IMG/VR virus record: IMGVR_UViG_2830161386_000001
Location: 64,001-128,000 of that record
DNA: 64,000 bases
Strand: one strand, 5' to 3'
Source of the DNA: a virus
Lineage: Duplodnaviria; Caudoviricetes
The translations under genes and the position numbers were made by a program. Of this stretch, positions 23,101 to 30,194 are shown one piece after another (the stretch's first letter is position 1; every line of letters starts with the position of its first letter). Below the pieces are notes generated by a model. It did not search any database. It saw only the letters and a list, made by a program, of their open reading frames with translations, and was not told the origin of the DNA.

Positions 23101-25594
23101 TAACGTCCGGGGCACCGGAATCTCGGTACTTCCATACGATTTGAACGCTGTCGTTGGTCGTGTTCGGGGCTTTTGTGATCTTCCCGGGATTGGTCTCCGA
23201 AGGGTGGGTAATGTCCGTTGTCGTAAAGGTGCTTCCGTCGTAAAAGACCTCAATCGCGTCGGAGGCCAGCTCCGTGTCCCCGATAAACACCCGCCCGATA
23301 AGCTGAACGGTCCGGTCGGATTCCGGCTGCTCGGCCCAAGACTCGTTGGCCGGCTTCGTAAAAACGGTTTGCCCAGACAAGACCTCGACCGTTGAGGAGT
23401 ACTGGTCGCTCGCGTCGACGAGGGTAATCGTGTCGAGGGTATTCCCCGCGTCGGTGTCCCGCAGAAAGACGTCAAAATCACCCGCGTCGGTAATGAAGCT
23501 CGCCCCGATTTGCGTGGGGTTGTAGTCGTCGAGCCCGATATTGGAAAGGAGCTGAAAGTTTCCGTTGTCGTCCTGGTAGTGCAGCTTGTGCGGCCCGGAG
23601 GTGAGAACCTCCTTGGCCCCGCCTTCCGCCCGGACAACTTCAAGGCCAAGCTCCTTCGCTGCGTTGTCGGAGGGAATGACCGTTCCTTTCGTCGGGCGGA
23701 TGTACCGCCGAATCGAGGGCTTTCCGGCCGATACCGCGACAATGGACTTCGTCCGGCTGACCGTCACCGACACCTCGCCGGTGTCGGACCACACGCCGTC
23801 GTAGGTGCCGTCTCCGTTTGGGTCCCAACCGACTTGACCGGTCTCTGGGGACGTGCTCGTCTCGTCAAGGCGCCAGTACGTGCCGGTTTCTACTACAAAA
23901 TACCGGGCCCCGCCTGCCGCCTCCGCGGCGCTGATTCCTTTGAGGGACGCGGTGGTGTCAACAGAGGTTACCGGCACGTAGGTGTACTCGAACGTCACGT
24001 CGATAATCTGGCCCTCTTCCCCAAACTCCTCTCCCTCTTCAGTCGTGATCTCGACGTAGCCTTTGTTTTTGTAGTCGCCGGGCCCGGACGGCTCCTTCGT
24101 GACGCTGAAGGTGTAGTTCCCGTTTGCGTTTTCGTCCCAGGTTACGTCGACGTAGCTCCGGGCCTTCAGCGCGGTGCCCTGAAAAAACGCGCCCTTCAGC
24201 CGCGTCGTGCCGGTTTGCCAGTTCCCCTCCGGGTCGCGGTAGTAAGAGTAAAAGCCATCGATCAGCGAGACGACCCCGACAAGCGATTCGGTGAGGTCTG
24301 TAAGCGTGATGCTGTCTAGCACGTCGCTTTTCGACAGGTCCCCCTCAAGCGAGTCGATTGCGTATACGTCAATCTCCTCGTTAATGTCGGAGGCGGCGAC
24401 CTGAGGCGCGTAGTTGTCCTTGCCGATGGCCGTCTTCAGCGTGACGTAATTGCCGTTTTGGTCGGTCGTGTAGAGGCGAACCGGCCCGCTTTGAACGGGA
24501 AACTCCCCGCGCCCGGACACCCGGATGAGCTCTAGCCCGAGGGTCCCAGACGAGTTTTTCAGAACCGTTCCATCGGTCGGCCGCACGCGGTACTGCACGT
24601 TGTCTTCCCCGTCCTGGCCGTCTTCGATGGCCCGGATCACCTGCCGGGCCTCCTCGACCGCGCCCCGGCCGGTCTCGTACTTCGCGATGACCTCCACCGA
24701 GCGGCCCGCCTCGTCGAACTCAAACTCGATTTTCGAGGAGCTGCCGGCGGAGACGACCGAAAACTCCGCCCCGTCCCAGCTTACCGATACGGTATCGCTG
24801 GCAAGCGGCTTCCCTCCTTCCCGAAACTCGGCGCGAAGGGTCGTAATGCCAGTATTCCAGGCTCCTCCTTTCGGCTTTCGGTACTCCACCCGGCCGCTTA
24901 CGACCGTGAGCTTCCCGGAAATCGCTTCGGTTAGGTCCGTGAGCGTAACAGAGGCCTTTGCCTGGTCCTCCGGTCCAAAAAGCCGGAGCACGGTTTGGGT
25001 GCCGATGTCCGCCGCGTCGAGGTAAAACGAAAGTGCCTCTTCGCTGGCCGGGGCGCCTAAATTCGACTCCAGGGCGCCGACCGTCTCCCCGTCTCCGGTC
25101 TTGAGGGAAAAGCCCTCGCCCAGCTGAATTGGCTCTCCGTTCCGCTCCGCCCGCACGAGAAGGCGGCCCTCGGAGTTTTTCAGCCGGGTGCCCTCCGGCG
25201 TAGCAATTTCGTAGAGAAGCGCGTCTTGGCCGGCCTGCCCGCGGATAACGGACCGCTCGAACGGGAGCCAGCCCCCGCCCTCGTAGACGGACTGGGCCAT
25301 GTAGACGGTATCGGCCCCGGAGCGGAGCGACCAGTCTCCGTCGCCGGTCCACTCAACGCCGCCGGGCTCCCCCTCAATGTCAGATACGCGAGGGACCTCT
25401 GGGCTCGGGTCTGCGGGGCCGTAGAGAACAAGAACGCCAGATACGCTCGCCCCCTCCGCGCTGGAATCGCTTTGGGTACCGCCGGCTTCAATTTTATCGA
25501 TGCGCTGCCGCAGCCGGTTGATCTTCGAGCGGTCGCCGGTGCCACTGTTTCCGCCCTGGCCGCTGCCAAGAGGAGATGAGGGGCGCTCTGCCAT
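14156..25594 (-). CDS. Giant (~3,800 aa) repeat-containing virion adsorption/fiber protein
   Basis: Likely start MAERPSS at 25594. About ten beta-repeats opening GxxI/LKNxxG and closing L(T/A/V)DLxD/E. CBM5/12-like module at 16520-16648; C-terminal VSSFEGRTG fiber-type motif. Confidence 0.7.
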   Translation of the reverse strand: MAERPSSPLGSGQGGNSGTGDRSKINRLRQRIDKIEAGGTQSDSSAEGASVSGVLVLYGPADPSPEVPRVSDIEGEPGGVEWTGDGDWSLRSGADTVYMAQSVYEGGGWLPFERSVIRGQAGQDALLYEIATPEGTRLKNSEGRLLVRAERNGEPIQLGEGFSLKTGDGETVGALESNLGAPASEEALSFYLDAADIGTQTVLRLFGPEDQAKASVTLTDLTEAISGKLTVVSGRVEYRKPKGGAWNTGITTLRAEFREGGKPLASDTVSVSWDGAEFSVVSAGSSSKIEFEFDEAGRSVEVIAKYETGRGAVEEARQVIRAIEDGQDGEDNVQYRVRPTDGTVLKNSSGTLGLELIRVSGRGEFPVQSGPVRLYTTDQNGNYVTLKTAIGKDNYAPQVAASDINEEIDVYAIDSLEGDLSKSDVLDSITLTDLTESLVGVVSLIDGFYSYYRDPEGNWQTGTTRLKGAFFQGTALKARSYVDVTWDENANGNYTFSVTKEPSGPGDYKNKGYVEITTEEGEEFGEEGQIIDVTFEYTYVPVTSVDTTASLKGISAAEAAGGARYFVVETGTYWRLDETSTSPETGQVGWDPNGDGTYDGVWSDTGEVSVTVSRTKSIVAVSAGKPSIRRYIRPTKGTVIPSDNAAKELGLEVVRAEGGAKEVLTSGPHKLHYQDDNGNFQLLSNIGLDDYNPTQIGASFITDAGDFDVFLRDTDAGNTLDTITLVDASDQYSSTVEVLSGQTVFTKPANESWAEQPESDRTVQLIGRVFIGDTELASDAIEVFYDGSTFTTTDITHPSETNPGKITKAPNTTNDSVQIVWKYRDSGAPDVNIQDEVVALTGGKSTTDRFIRAENGKAIKDGVGTVDLKIIRQQANEEVRLGSGDGYKIRTDETDSGDGFVPLGAPGSPLPGADPYSPSLNDAQIEGQRILYLGPGTGEAVQEDSIAVADVTDGLSTGYVQAPTLDVTHFTGPAHGSVSASSVPFTGRFFDSQKTEHAQGLEMKPSDNADGDLIVDFQHGTPSNSIPADEDTTYVVRAQGTVVFDPSNGTSGSVNADNPSVSGVSGTVRELVVEFTGTDPNTGETVSFLEQLQLLRDDGTYRIDAPNGTDLKKGTDKTLVFKFKRFDGNDPNRQVDLEEGELRFVQYEGIDAPTDPIEVWPKDGSGNLISKVELTASDIKQQDVVQLQTDPASGDPAVLDAERILDTTDPFQVTYIQAPSGREVTHYTVDEVTGGLPIDPEDLRFTGVFQPPGDSRSTRRQDAYFRFEENDSGDLVIAEMAASGAPVENEAGSIDFKVINEAGTVVYDTSAGTDKSGTAATTDPKRMRVRFTMVDPETGESSTEEEQLEFVDDPGSFYFKQVTPKVIRNGSGTVKIDVRERGAVNRRLTKKEIDSITGVAGREDAEFTVELRPVDTQSVVLDGSEGRLKDGSGEAPSGRIVLNETDIDGDDDLVLRDGDAVLEAVKIVDLKDGTDGADAIDVALERNPQDLVYSWDQESETWDRTTDTVITATARRGLAVQARGSVTIGFDAPNASLFIKDDASISSSEITYEKSLSESGQALGLEFTYKHEPESGVQAPSDLTSIKKKETRDDDLRYVEESGTFWKLDTTRDGSSLDVSGEAVWNPDGEAADGVWVDTGDDARDTESETITVRRDGEHGTSYNLLLENGNLIKNSQGTLPVEARKTKGPRENRLSKSDGFRLTDGTGTVLDENTSGVSQKGGSGDLYYEFSAGAIDNSTDVLLQTWDGGAPGRQVQGVTLADLTESVVPTVDYTSGPRTYDQNEDRSWTPALGTTTTIEYAFFQGPRPDPVAELTAKVTYNGPSASPSWSLSVSSASTKEPGASVSLIADGNGTVLSDYAADVAVEYENESGIVQRAYGDVTAIRTGEPGAFTSYVFQRSSGSPGRPSNSAGGTYFDPNPPSGWSDAPPTGSGSEKQLWMSKAVYTVAAGGPAKTIDTTGDGAEDAAWSAPEKLDSKAGVFRVWHPGTGSEPTADDPTAPGIGKPPAPENQPTGRPGASPSWDPGSNGWKKSPNDVTSRDPYFVAVSRYDDEAGSDGSGDWSDWDVARVKGEKGEASEYFYIRTDGGRVIRNSGETVQVRATHVRASEQKAISSSHEPEIKLYTKSGGTLYPITDSANSIGASDPYSPSISAPQITDGQLTLHLADKSRGVTYDTMRLADLTDLIRGTTEVVEGSAVFTRDADTDWQTESVFIGAQFFRGSRVAAKLAKVTWDGTSFSLDGSVTGASSGGSFSETSPGDVSVTLRGDGQAATAEFTYDDPNASVTETARERVFAVRPGDSTVQRFIRSQDGRVIKNGDGSITLSAVKVVGDTETPITSGNYKLRVKDGSSYPPISDLTSAAGDYEPTLQPGDIGGGRRRVYLGDSANESGIVDSIALADLNDAVSTGYVQPSSLEMTHFNGPGVDVVSPSGVTFTGRFVDVQGGGHAQEVLIGGTETSGNELEISWSAGAGDADVSYAVKAQGTEVSSPLNADSPAQTGVTGPVEDLLVEFEGEDPHAGDTITFAEQLQLPRDFGIYRIDPQKGTSIKDGSNQALSFGFKRSGEPIDLQYGELKLVRYEGGDQTNPQQAVPGSSSASPVSTVEITPDDIAEQDVIQLQTWDGQVLDSERLVDLNDGVSTGYIVTPKGTEITYFTDGTPNETDDTVAPSPIAIKGTYAPPTGSTVRTVVDVHASPNGSEIDAYWTIGPQNNLNGGVTVTDENGNDVPPDTTATSPSRWTISFEHNAETADKTIRFSETVRFNRDFAEYLIEDPDDQVFRINPDGDRIEPESLTFRGRREGSKSEKTLSVDGNPYSFALFDDTDSTPTKTYTGGGTSVEVGHEDVSGSALLQLRKGSATVESLRIIDQKEGTDGDDAPLLDIDRVLGPKEWVRDQSGDWAPGPTANGNRETRLKATFYKGASERQSARVDLRLDTGSGTLSDVTSASNVGSNYTVNVTAAGGGSLPARSVDVEFVYEDPSESKPWQSDVQYGEGDVVSYEGSNYICTVVSTTVGDPPDGATTEWDPHDKTYRRTRQVTALREGQDAAEQARISAGQYVFIKNKPTAQEDWSVPEIGLTAKTGGLVGNPSEITYKWETKEGGGSYSAAQTQTGDNGGDTFTVSHPSVGTDPFQKTVRLTVTDGADGESYTDVETFPVVQEGSDGIVLSVANDTHAYPVDQNGDIVGDLDRGAAEFRVYEGAKQLAISSATVVDNGPFSQAKAPVKTESEGDYARLVPQDYTAPFTGGKAKVKVIATRASGEEIQPVGVVNYRIGRDVIGPGLAERGKAARKLGDGFSGLATSADAIGYLTALENVESDGDGETIDEHARRWRTYLSDSGDLYLNESDDETSMQYVANWGTPSTPDSGLFAVGRVGEAKSFFKSLSSGDYPSNGTADEDTDTFFGYHEGVLALNGRLAGKIQQGRTVDLGDPPDEGIRLDGGEEEIRVYANELPDEPSRPSIAIGPNASFPGNMNPVATESLGQTYSRTFSTNDPGGNRQTSYELLRLDGSEGFDVTDFGHSPDVPVEMASEVNLSITIGNTGQAEDLDFTLVFELRENTSITDGTLAKKIVGTGTVTPDYSGYTITESFSFDDAVISRPQFGDVVEFVVTLETDRDIDSAEQISASIGGLKTSTPGLNDVTWRQFRPRTVVNKNGVFSKVSPRVTSTLGANGSVGVVSGGGGGSGGGVSSFEGRTGSIEVQRSDTTDVVDNQVASTFAGTPPKGELLLQHIFHEKFRVEEAILYANSAPDSSYAVNVDVGGNAQTVSLDGGQNYVVDGSIGREVSKGDVIRATTASADSGIGEVTISFDLSPIE
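19524..19535. repeat. Palindrome copy 3 (intragenic)
   Basis: ggaTCCCAGCTGGGActgg; read as SPSWD in a Pro-rich linker of the giant protein. Confidence 0.9.
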
Positions 25595-25614
25595 AGAAGG
25601 CAACTTTTTTTGAG

Positions 25615-25626
25615 TCCCAGTTGGGA
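25615..25626. repeat. Palindrome copy 4 (1 mismatch)
   Basis: tgagTCCCAGtTGGGAc; about 21 nt upstream of ATG 25594. Confidence 0.8.
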
Positions 25627-25694
25627 CGGAGGCCAACTACACATTTACAAGGTAGCGCCCCGGCGGCCTTTCCGTGTTGCCGGAGCGCCGACTC

Positions 25695-25736
25695 AAAACG
25701 CGAAAAGCCCGGCCGCCATCGACAGGCGGGCCGGGC
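25695..25736 (-). terminator. Rho-independent terminator after the major capsid gene
   Basis: GC hairpin gcccggccgcc/ggcgggccgggc followed on the minus strand by TTTTCGCGTTTT. Confidence 0.6.
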
Positions 25737-25787
25737 CCTTCGGGACTAAGAAGAAGTGCGGCTGCGGGCCGAGATGGCCACAAAGCG

Positions 25788-27119
25788 TTACCCGAGGTGA
25801 CGGGCGCGCTGCATGCGGTACTTCGCGACGCCTTCGGTGTTGCCGATGCCGAGGCCGAAGTACTCCCAGGAGCGCCGGTTGATCTCGTTCTCGCCCTTGG
25901 TCTTCCAGACCTCCGACTCGACGTCCTTGCCCGAGAGGCGCACGATCTCGCCCATGAACTCCTCGTCGGGGAACGCCCACATGACGTCGAAGCGGTCGTA
26001 GCCCTTCGTCTGGGCAGTGCCGCCGCCGAAGTTGGAGAGGTCCACCGTAATCTGGTGGGACGCAAACTCCCGGTCGTCCAGGTTGTTGTCCGGGGCGCGG
26101 GAAATCCGGACTGTGGTGTCGTCGAAGAGCTCCGCTCGGACGTGGCGCTTCACGGCGCCGTCGACCTCCTCAACAATGCCGGGGGCTCCGTCCAGCGGCG
26201 TGAGGCTCTGGATGCCCTCCGCGAGCTGCTGGGCAGCCTCCGCGGCGCTTGCGGCGTTGACGGTAATCGCCTCGCCCTCCACCATGATGTCCTCGTCGAC
26301 CGAGCCGTTGCCGGCCTCGAAGGAGACGAGCGTGACCCGCTCGTGCTCGGTGAGCAGGCGCTTCTTGATGGAGCTCATAAACTCAAGCCCCTGCACCTGC
26401 TCGCGGGTGAAGCCGTCGGTAAAGACTTCGCCCGTCAAGTTATCCCCGAGCTGGTTCAGGTCCAGCTTGCCGAAGTCCTTTCTCGTATCCTCGTTGATGA
26501 GCATACGGGTGGCCTTCAGCTGGTCCTCGGCGGGCATCCCGGTGCGGGTGCCGCTCTCCAGAAGCGTGCTCAGGTCGTTGATGTGGTCCTTCTGGATCTG
26601 GACCGCGCCCTCCTGGGCGTCGTCCGTTACGTCGGTCGTCTTCCCGGAAATGCGGACGCACTCGTTCAGGATGGTGAGGAGCTTGACGTCCCGCTGGATC
26701 CCCAGCTCGTAGACGTCCTTGTCCGCCGCGTCGGCGAGGAGGTCATAGTCGTAGGCCATGAGCTCCTCCTTGTTCTTCTGCACGATCGGCGTCTGGTGCT
26801 CCCCGAGCGGGATCTCAAAGCGGTTGCCGTACAGGTACCGCTCGTACGGGCGGTCCCTAAAGTTTGCAACCGTGGCCTGCTCGGTGCCCTGCTCCACGTC
26901 GGTCAGCACGTAGTACGAATCGGTCTCCGTGTCGACCTGGAGGTCGTTCTCAGTTACCGGCCGCACTGCGAGAATCTGGTCCGCGAAGCTGTCCTCATAC
27001 AGCTTTACGCGAATGTAGGGCCGGATCGCTTCGCCTACCTTGTCGAACTCACCGTCGTCGACAAAGGAGCGAATGCGCTCGTTGTATGCCTTCTTGTCAA
27101 AGTCAAACTCAGCGTCCAT
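25788..27119 (-). CDS. Major capsid protein (probable HK97 fold)
   Basis: Follows the protease, scaffold and decoration genes, has strongly GC3-biased codons and is followed by a terminator. The sequence YIRVKLYEDSFADQIL...FRDRP.ERY..G.RFEIP resembles capsid proteins of large uncultured phages. Confidence 0.75.
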   Translation of the reverse strand: MDAEFDFDKKAYNERIRSFVDDGEFDKVGEAIRPYIRVKLYEDSFADQILAVRPVTENDLQVDTETDSYYVLTDVEQGTEQATVANFRDRPYERYLYGNRFEIPLGEHQTPIVQKNKEELMAYDYDLLADAADKDVYELGIQRDVKLLTILNECVRISGKTTDVTDDAQEGAVQIQKDHINDLSTLLESGTRTGMPAEDQLKATRMLINEDTRKDFGKLDLNQLGDNLTGEVFTDGFTREQVQGLEFMSSIKKRLLTEHERVTLVSFEAGNGSVDEDIMVEGEAITVNAASAAEAAQQLAEGIQSLTPLDGAPGIVEEVDGAVKRHVRAELFDDTTVRISRAPDNNLDDREFASHQITVDLSNFGGGTAQTKGYDRFDVMWAFPDEEFMGEIVRLSGKDVESEVWKTKGENEINRRSWEYFGLGIGNTEGVAKYRMQRARHLG

Positions 27120-27232
27120 AGTTGGTAATGGGGTTGTTGTGGGGGCCGAATGGGCCCCGTTCCGGCCAGCGTTGTTGGAAGCTGGAAAGACCAGGCGGCC
27201 GGATTAGCGCCAGGTGGCGCTTAAAGCGTTAG

Positions 27233-27730
27233 TTACACTGTGTGGGGGGCGGGGAAGACCTTAATCCGCATCGGCGTGTTGGCGCTCGCGTCCTGCGGGG
27301 CCGTCTGCACCTGCCCAATTGCGTGGGTCGTGCTTCCGTCGGTCGGGGCAAAGACGCCGCCGTCGATGCCCGAATCGTAGCCGGCGGTCACGAAGTCGCC
27401 CAGCTCGTAGCTGCCGCTTGCGTCGTAGAGCTCCGTCTCCACGATAAAGAGACCGTCCACGACCGTAATCGCGCCGGACTCCAGCGTGTCGTAGCGGGTG
27501 TTGTCGATCCGCATCGCGACGTTGGCGGCCTGGTCCACCGCGTTGCCCGCAGTGACCTTCTCAAGCGTCAGGCTCTGGCCGGCTGACGGGCGCAGGCCCA
27601 CCAGCTCGCCGAGGGCTACGTCCTCGTGATCAACGCCACGGGGAAGGTGGCGCTTCTCGGGGAATGCCGTCTTGGTCATTCCCGACAGGATGCGAAAAGG
27701 CTGCTCGTCCTCTCGATAAATCGTTCCCAT
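27233..27730 (-). CDS. Putative capsid decoration/cement protein
   Basis: 165 aa, immediately upstream of the capsid gene. Beta-rich, with GAITVVDG..VET..YD...Y..GD and AIGQV patterns. Confidence 0.55.
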   Translation of the reverse strand: MGTIYREDEQPFRILSGMTKTAFPEKRHLPRGVDHEDVALGELVGLRPSAGQSLTLEKVTAGNAVDQAANVAMRIDNTRYDTLESGAITVVDGLFIVETELYDASGSYELGDFVTAGYDSGIDGGVFAPTDGSTTHAIGQVQTAPQDASANTPMRIKVFPAPHTV

Positions 27731-27795
27731 AGTAGAATAAAGGTTGTGCGGCGGTTGCCGCGAAGTCTAGCGCCAGTCGGCGCTGTAAGCTCTGG

Positions 27796-28191
27796 TTACG
27801 CGGCGCCGATGTCCGATGCGCGCTTTTGAAGGTTGCGCATGGCATTGGCGGCGTACTTGCTCGAAGTTGATGGCTCGGTGCTGGCGGCCTCCTTCGCGGG
27901 GCCGTCGTCGACGTCTTCGACCAGCGACTGGCCGCCGGCAAAGCCCGGCCCGGCCTCCTTCATCGCGGTCTTCGTCTTTTGCAGGTCCTTGTCCGACTCG
28001 ACGAGCCGATCCCGTTCCTGCAAGAAGTTGCTCGGCTCGGTGGCCCCGTTGGCAATCTTCATGTCCACGATCTCCTCGGCAACCTTCTCGCGCCGAAACG
28101 CCGCCAGCTTCTCTCGCTGCTCCTCAATGGTTTCCTGCTGAGACTCCAGTCGCTCTCGCGCCGCCTTCAGCATCTGTGCGGTCTTGTTCAT
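27796..28191 (-). CDS. Scaffold-like coiled-coil head protein
   Basis: Helical and charged, in a scaffold position. K-x-A motifs: NKTA, EKLA, AKEA, QKRA. Confidence 0.5.
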   Translation of the reverse strand: MNKTAQMLKAARERLESQQETIEEQREKLAAFRREKVAEEIVDMKIANGATEPSNFLQERDRLVESDKDLQKTKTAMKEAGPGFAGGQSLVEDVDDGPAKEAASTEPSTSSKYAANAMRNLQKRASDIGAA

Positions 28192-28225
28192 AGTAGTGAC
28201 TTACGATCTGTTGGGCCGTGGGGCC

Positions 28226-29161
28226 TTAAAGCGAATCGATAAACGCGTTGGTGTCGTTGCCGGGCAGGGCCTCGCTTCGGGCCTGCGCGACCTTGTCGGT
28301 CAGCTCGCGAACGGCATCCTCGTCGGCGGTCCGGGCGGCGGCCTTCGCGACCGTCTCCTCGACGATCTCGGTCTCAAGCGCCTGGGCAACCTTGTTCAGG
28401 TCGTGGCAAGACTTGTCGTCGAGGCGGTCGGTGATCTTCTCTTTCTTGGCCCCGTCTTCGCCAGCCTCCTTGTCGTTGAGCTTCTCTTTGACCTCCTCCG
28501 GCATGTCGTCGTCGGAGCCCTCGTTGGAGCTGTCCTCCGACTCCTCATCAGAATCCTCATCGGACTCCTCCTCGCCGGACTCTTCCTCGTCGGAGTCTCC
28601 GCCGGACTCGTTGGCCTCCTCGACGCCGCCCTCCTCCTTGGCCTCTTCGGCCTGCTCCTGCATCTCCTCGGGCAGGTCTTCCATCGACTCGGCCTGCTTC
28701 TTGTTGGAGGTGGCGTCCTGCATCGGGGCGCCGTCGGTCTGCATGCCGCTGTCGGTGCGCCCGGTCTCGGTCGAGCCCTCGTTTTGGGCCGACGCGCCGG
28801 AGGGGACCCCAGAGTGCTCACCGTCGTTTTTGGCGGACTCTCCAGAGGGGACCCCGTCGTGCTCCCCGTCGTCTTTGGCGGACTCCCCGGAGGGGACCGA
28901 CTCTTCGTTGGGCATGTTTTGCCCGTCGCCCTTAGCCGGGGACTCGCTGGGGGCGTTGTCCATCGGGCCGCTTCCGCCGCTGATCTCTCCCTGCTCGGCC
29001 TGCTTTTGCAGCTCGCCGAGACTGGAGATTAGATCGCCCGTCGACATCTCCGAGGGCGGGTCTTGAGGGCTTGCCTCCTTGGTGTGGTCGCCGCCGGACC
29101 CGCTTTCAAGGTCGGTCAGGTCCTCGATAATTTCTCGGCGCGTTTCGTCAAAGTCGCTCAT
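28226..29161 (-). CDS. Acidic low-complexity scaffold/internal head protein
   Basis: Very D/E/S-rich, with a 15-aa tandem repeat and K-x-A motifs (TKEA, QKQA, KKQA, DKEA, NKVA, DKVA). Confidence 0.55.
   Translation of the reverse strand: MSDFDETRREIIEDLTDLESGSGGDHTKEASPQDPPSEMSTGDLISSLGELQKQAEQGEISGGSGPMDNAPSESPAKGDGQNMPNEESVPSGESAKDDGEHDGVPSGESAKNDGEHSGVPSGASAQNEGSTETGRTDSGMQTDGAPMQDATSNKKQAESMEDLPEEMQEQAEEAKEEGGVEEANESGGDSDEEESGEEESDEDSDEESEDSSNEGSDDDMPEEVKEKLNDKEAGEDGAKKEKITDRLDDKSCHDLNKVAQALETEIVEETVAKAAARTADEDAVRELTDKVAQARSEALPGNDTNAFIDSL
28775..28905 (-). repeat. 45-bp tandem repeat x3 encoding VPSG(E/A)SA(K/Q)(D/N)(D/E)G(EH)
   Basis: SVPSGESAKDDGEHDGVPSGESAKNDGEHSGVPSGASAQNEG in the translation. 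Confidence 0.8.
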
Positions 29162-29213
29162 AAAAAGGGTGTTGGTTTGTTACGCCGCGTCTGCGGCGGG
29201 CCGGTCGGCGCGT

Positions 29214-29684
29214 TTACTGGTTGGCGGCCTTCAGCTGCTGGGCCACCAGGTTGCGGGCGCTCTTCTCCATCTCCTCGTCCGGCTCCTGCCCGGTCAGAGA
29301 CGACCAGGCCTCCATCGCGCCTTTGACCATGCGGTCGAACATCTCCTGGTCCTCCTCGTCGCTCTCCGGGGCCATCGAGGCGCTCTTCTGAAGCTCACTT
29401 CGGGCCTCTCGGACCTCGCTCAGCACCTCGTCGGTGGAGGCGCCCTTCTCGATCATCTCCTCCATGGTCGAGAGCATCTTGAGCGCGCCCTGGTCGTGGG
29501 CGAGCTTCTGCTGCTCCCCGCGGTAGGCGAGGTCATCGGCAAGGCTCGCGGTAAGGGCATACCGCTCCTCGGAGATGTCCTCCCCGTTGTCCGCGGACTT
29601 TTCAAGGTCCTTCGACTCGGCGTCGACAAAGGCGCGGGTCGCGACTTCGCGACCGTACATTTCACTGTAGGCAAGCTTCTGCAT
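29214..29684 (-). CDS. Helical head/scaffold-associated protein
   Basis: 156 aa with six K-x-A motifs (QKLA, EKSA, QKLA, EKGA, QKSA, EKSA). Confidence 0.55.
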   Translation of the reverse strand: MQKLAYSEMYGREVATRAFVDAESKDLEKSADNGEDISEERYALTASLADDLAYRGEQQKLAHDQGALKMLSTMEEMIEKGASTDEVLSEVREARSELQKSASMAPESDEEDQEMFDRMVKGAMEAWSSLTGQEPDEEMEKSARNLVAQQLKAANQ

Positions 29685-29717
29685 AGGTAAAAAGGGTTGT
29701 TTGAATTGGGAGGCGCG

Positions 29718-29729
29718 TCCCAGCTGGGA
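29718..29729. repeat. Palindrome copy 5
   Basis: gcgTCCCAGCTGGGActca; intergenic, about 34 nt upstream of ATG 29684. Confidence 0.9.
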
Positions 29730-29764
29730 CTCACCCGTTTTGGGCGAGCGTGCCGGGCACGGAG

Positions 29765-30115
29765 CTAGCGCTCCGATTCGGCCTCGATTCGACTAAGAAA
29801 CCGATTCGTTCTTCGCGTTCGGTGCCGCACTGATCCTTCTTTCTCGTCTCCGGCCAGGTACCCGGCCCCGCCTGCGGCGGCAGCCCCGCCAGCGGCCATG
29901 CCCGGCGTGAGGTTCTCGTCTGCCTTTTCGTAGGCGCTGGAAAGCCGGTTTCGGGCCTGCTCGACCCCGCCCTCCGTTGATTCCCGGACTTTCTTCAAAA
30001 AGTCGCCCCCCATGTCTATGGCATCGTCAATTGCTTTCCCAATCTGCTTTCCGGCCGACGCGCTAAAGGCAGTTTTGACGTTTTGAAGTCGGCGCCGGGC
30101 CTTGGAGACAGCCAT
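29765..30115 (-). CDS. Hypothetical head-module protein with Gly/Ala hydrophobic segment
   Basis: VKTA...GMAAGGAAAAGGAGYLA...EKEGS, the same layout as the polyprotein cassettes. Confidence 0.55.
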   Translation of the reverse strand: MAVSKARRRLQNVKTAFSASAGKQIGKAIDDAIDMGGDFLKKVRESTEGGVEQARNRLSSAYEKADENLTPGMAAGGAAAAGGAGYLAGDEKEGSVRHRTRRTNRFLSRIEAESER

Positions 30116-30194
30116 ATCAATTTGGGGTCTCGTTTGAGAGGGGGGCGTCCCTCGAATGTCATCACTCGCTCAATTAAATGCCTACAGCTTTACA

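Noticed and set aside
25674-27128. 484-aa plus-strand ORF and the many other plus-strand ORFs in the track
   Set aside because: They are antisense shadows of real minus-strand genes, caused by GC-rich codon bias, and show no motifs.
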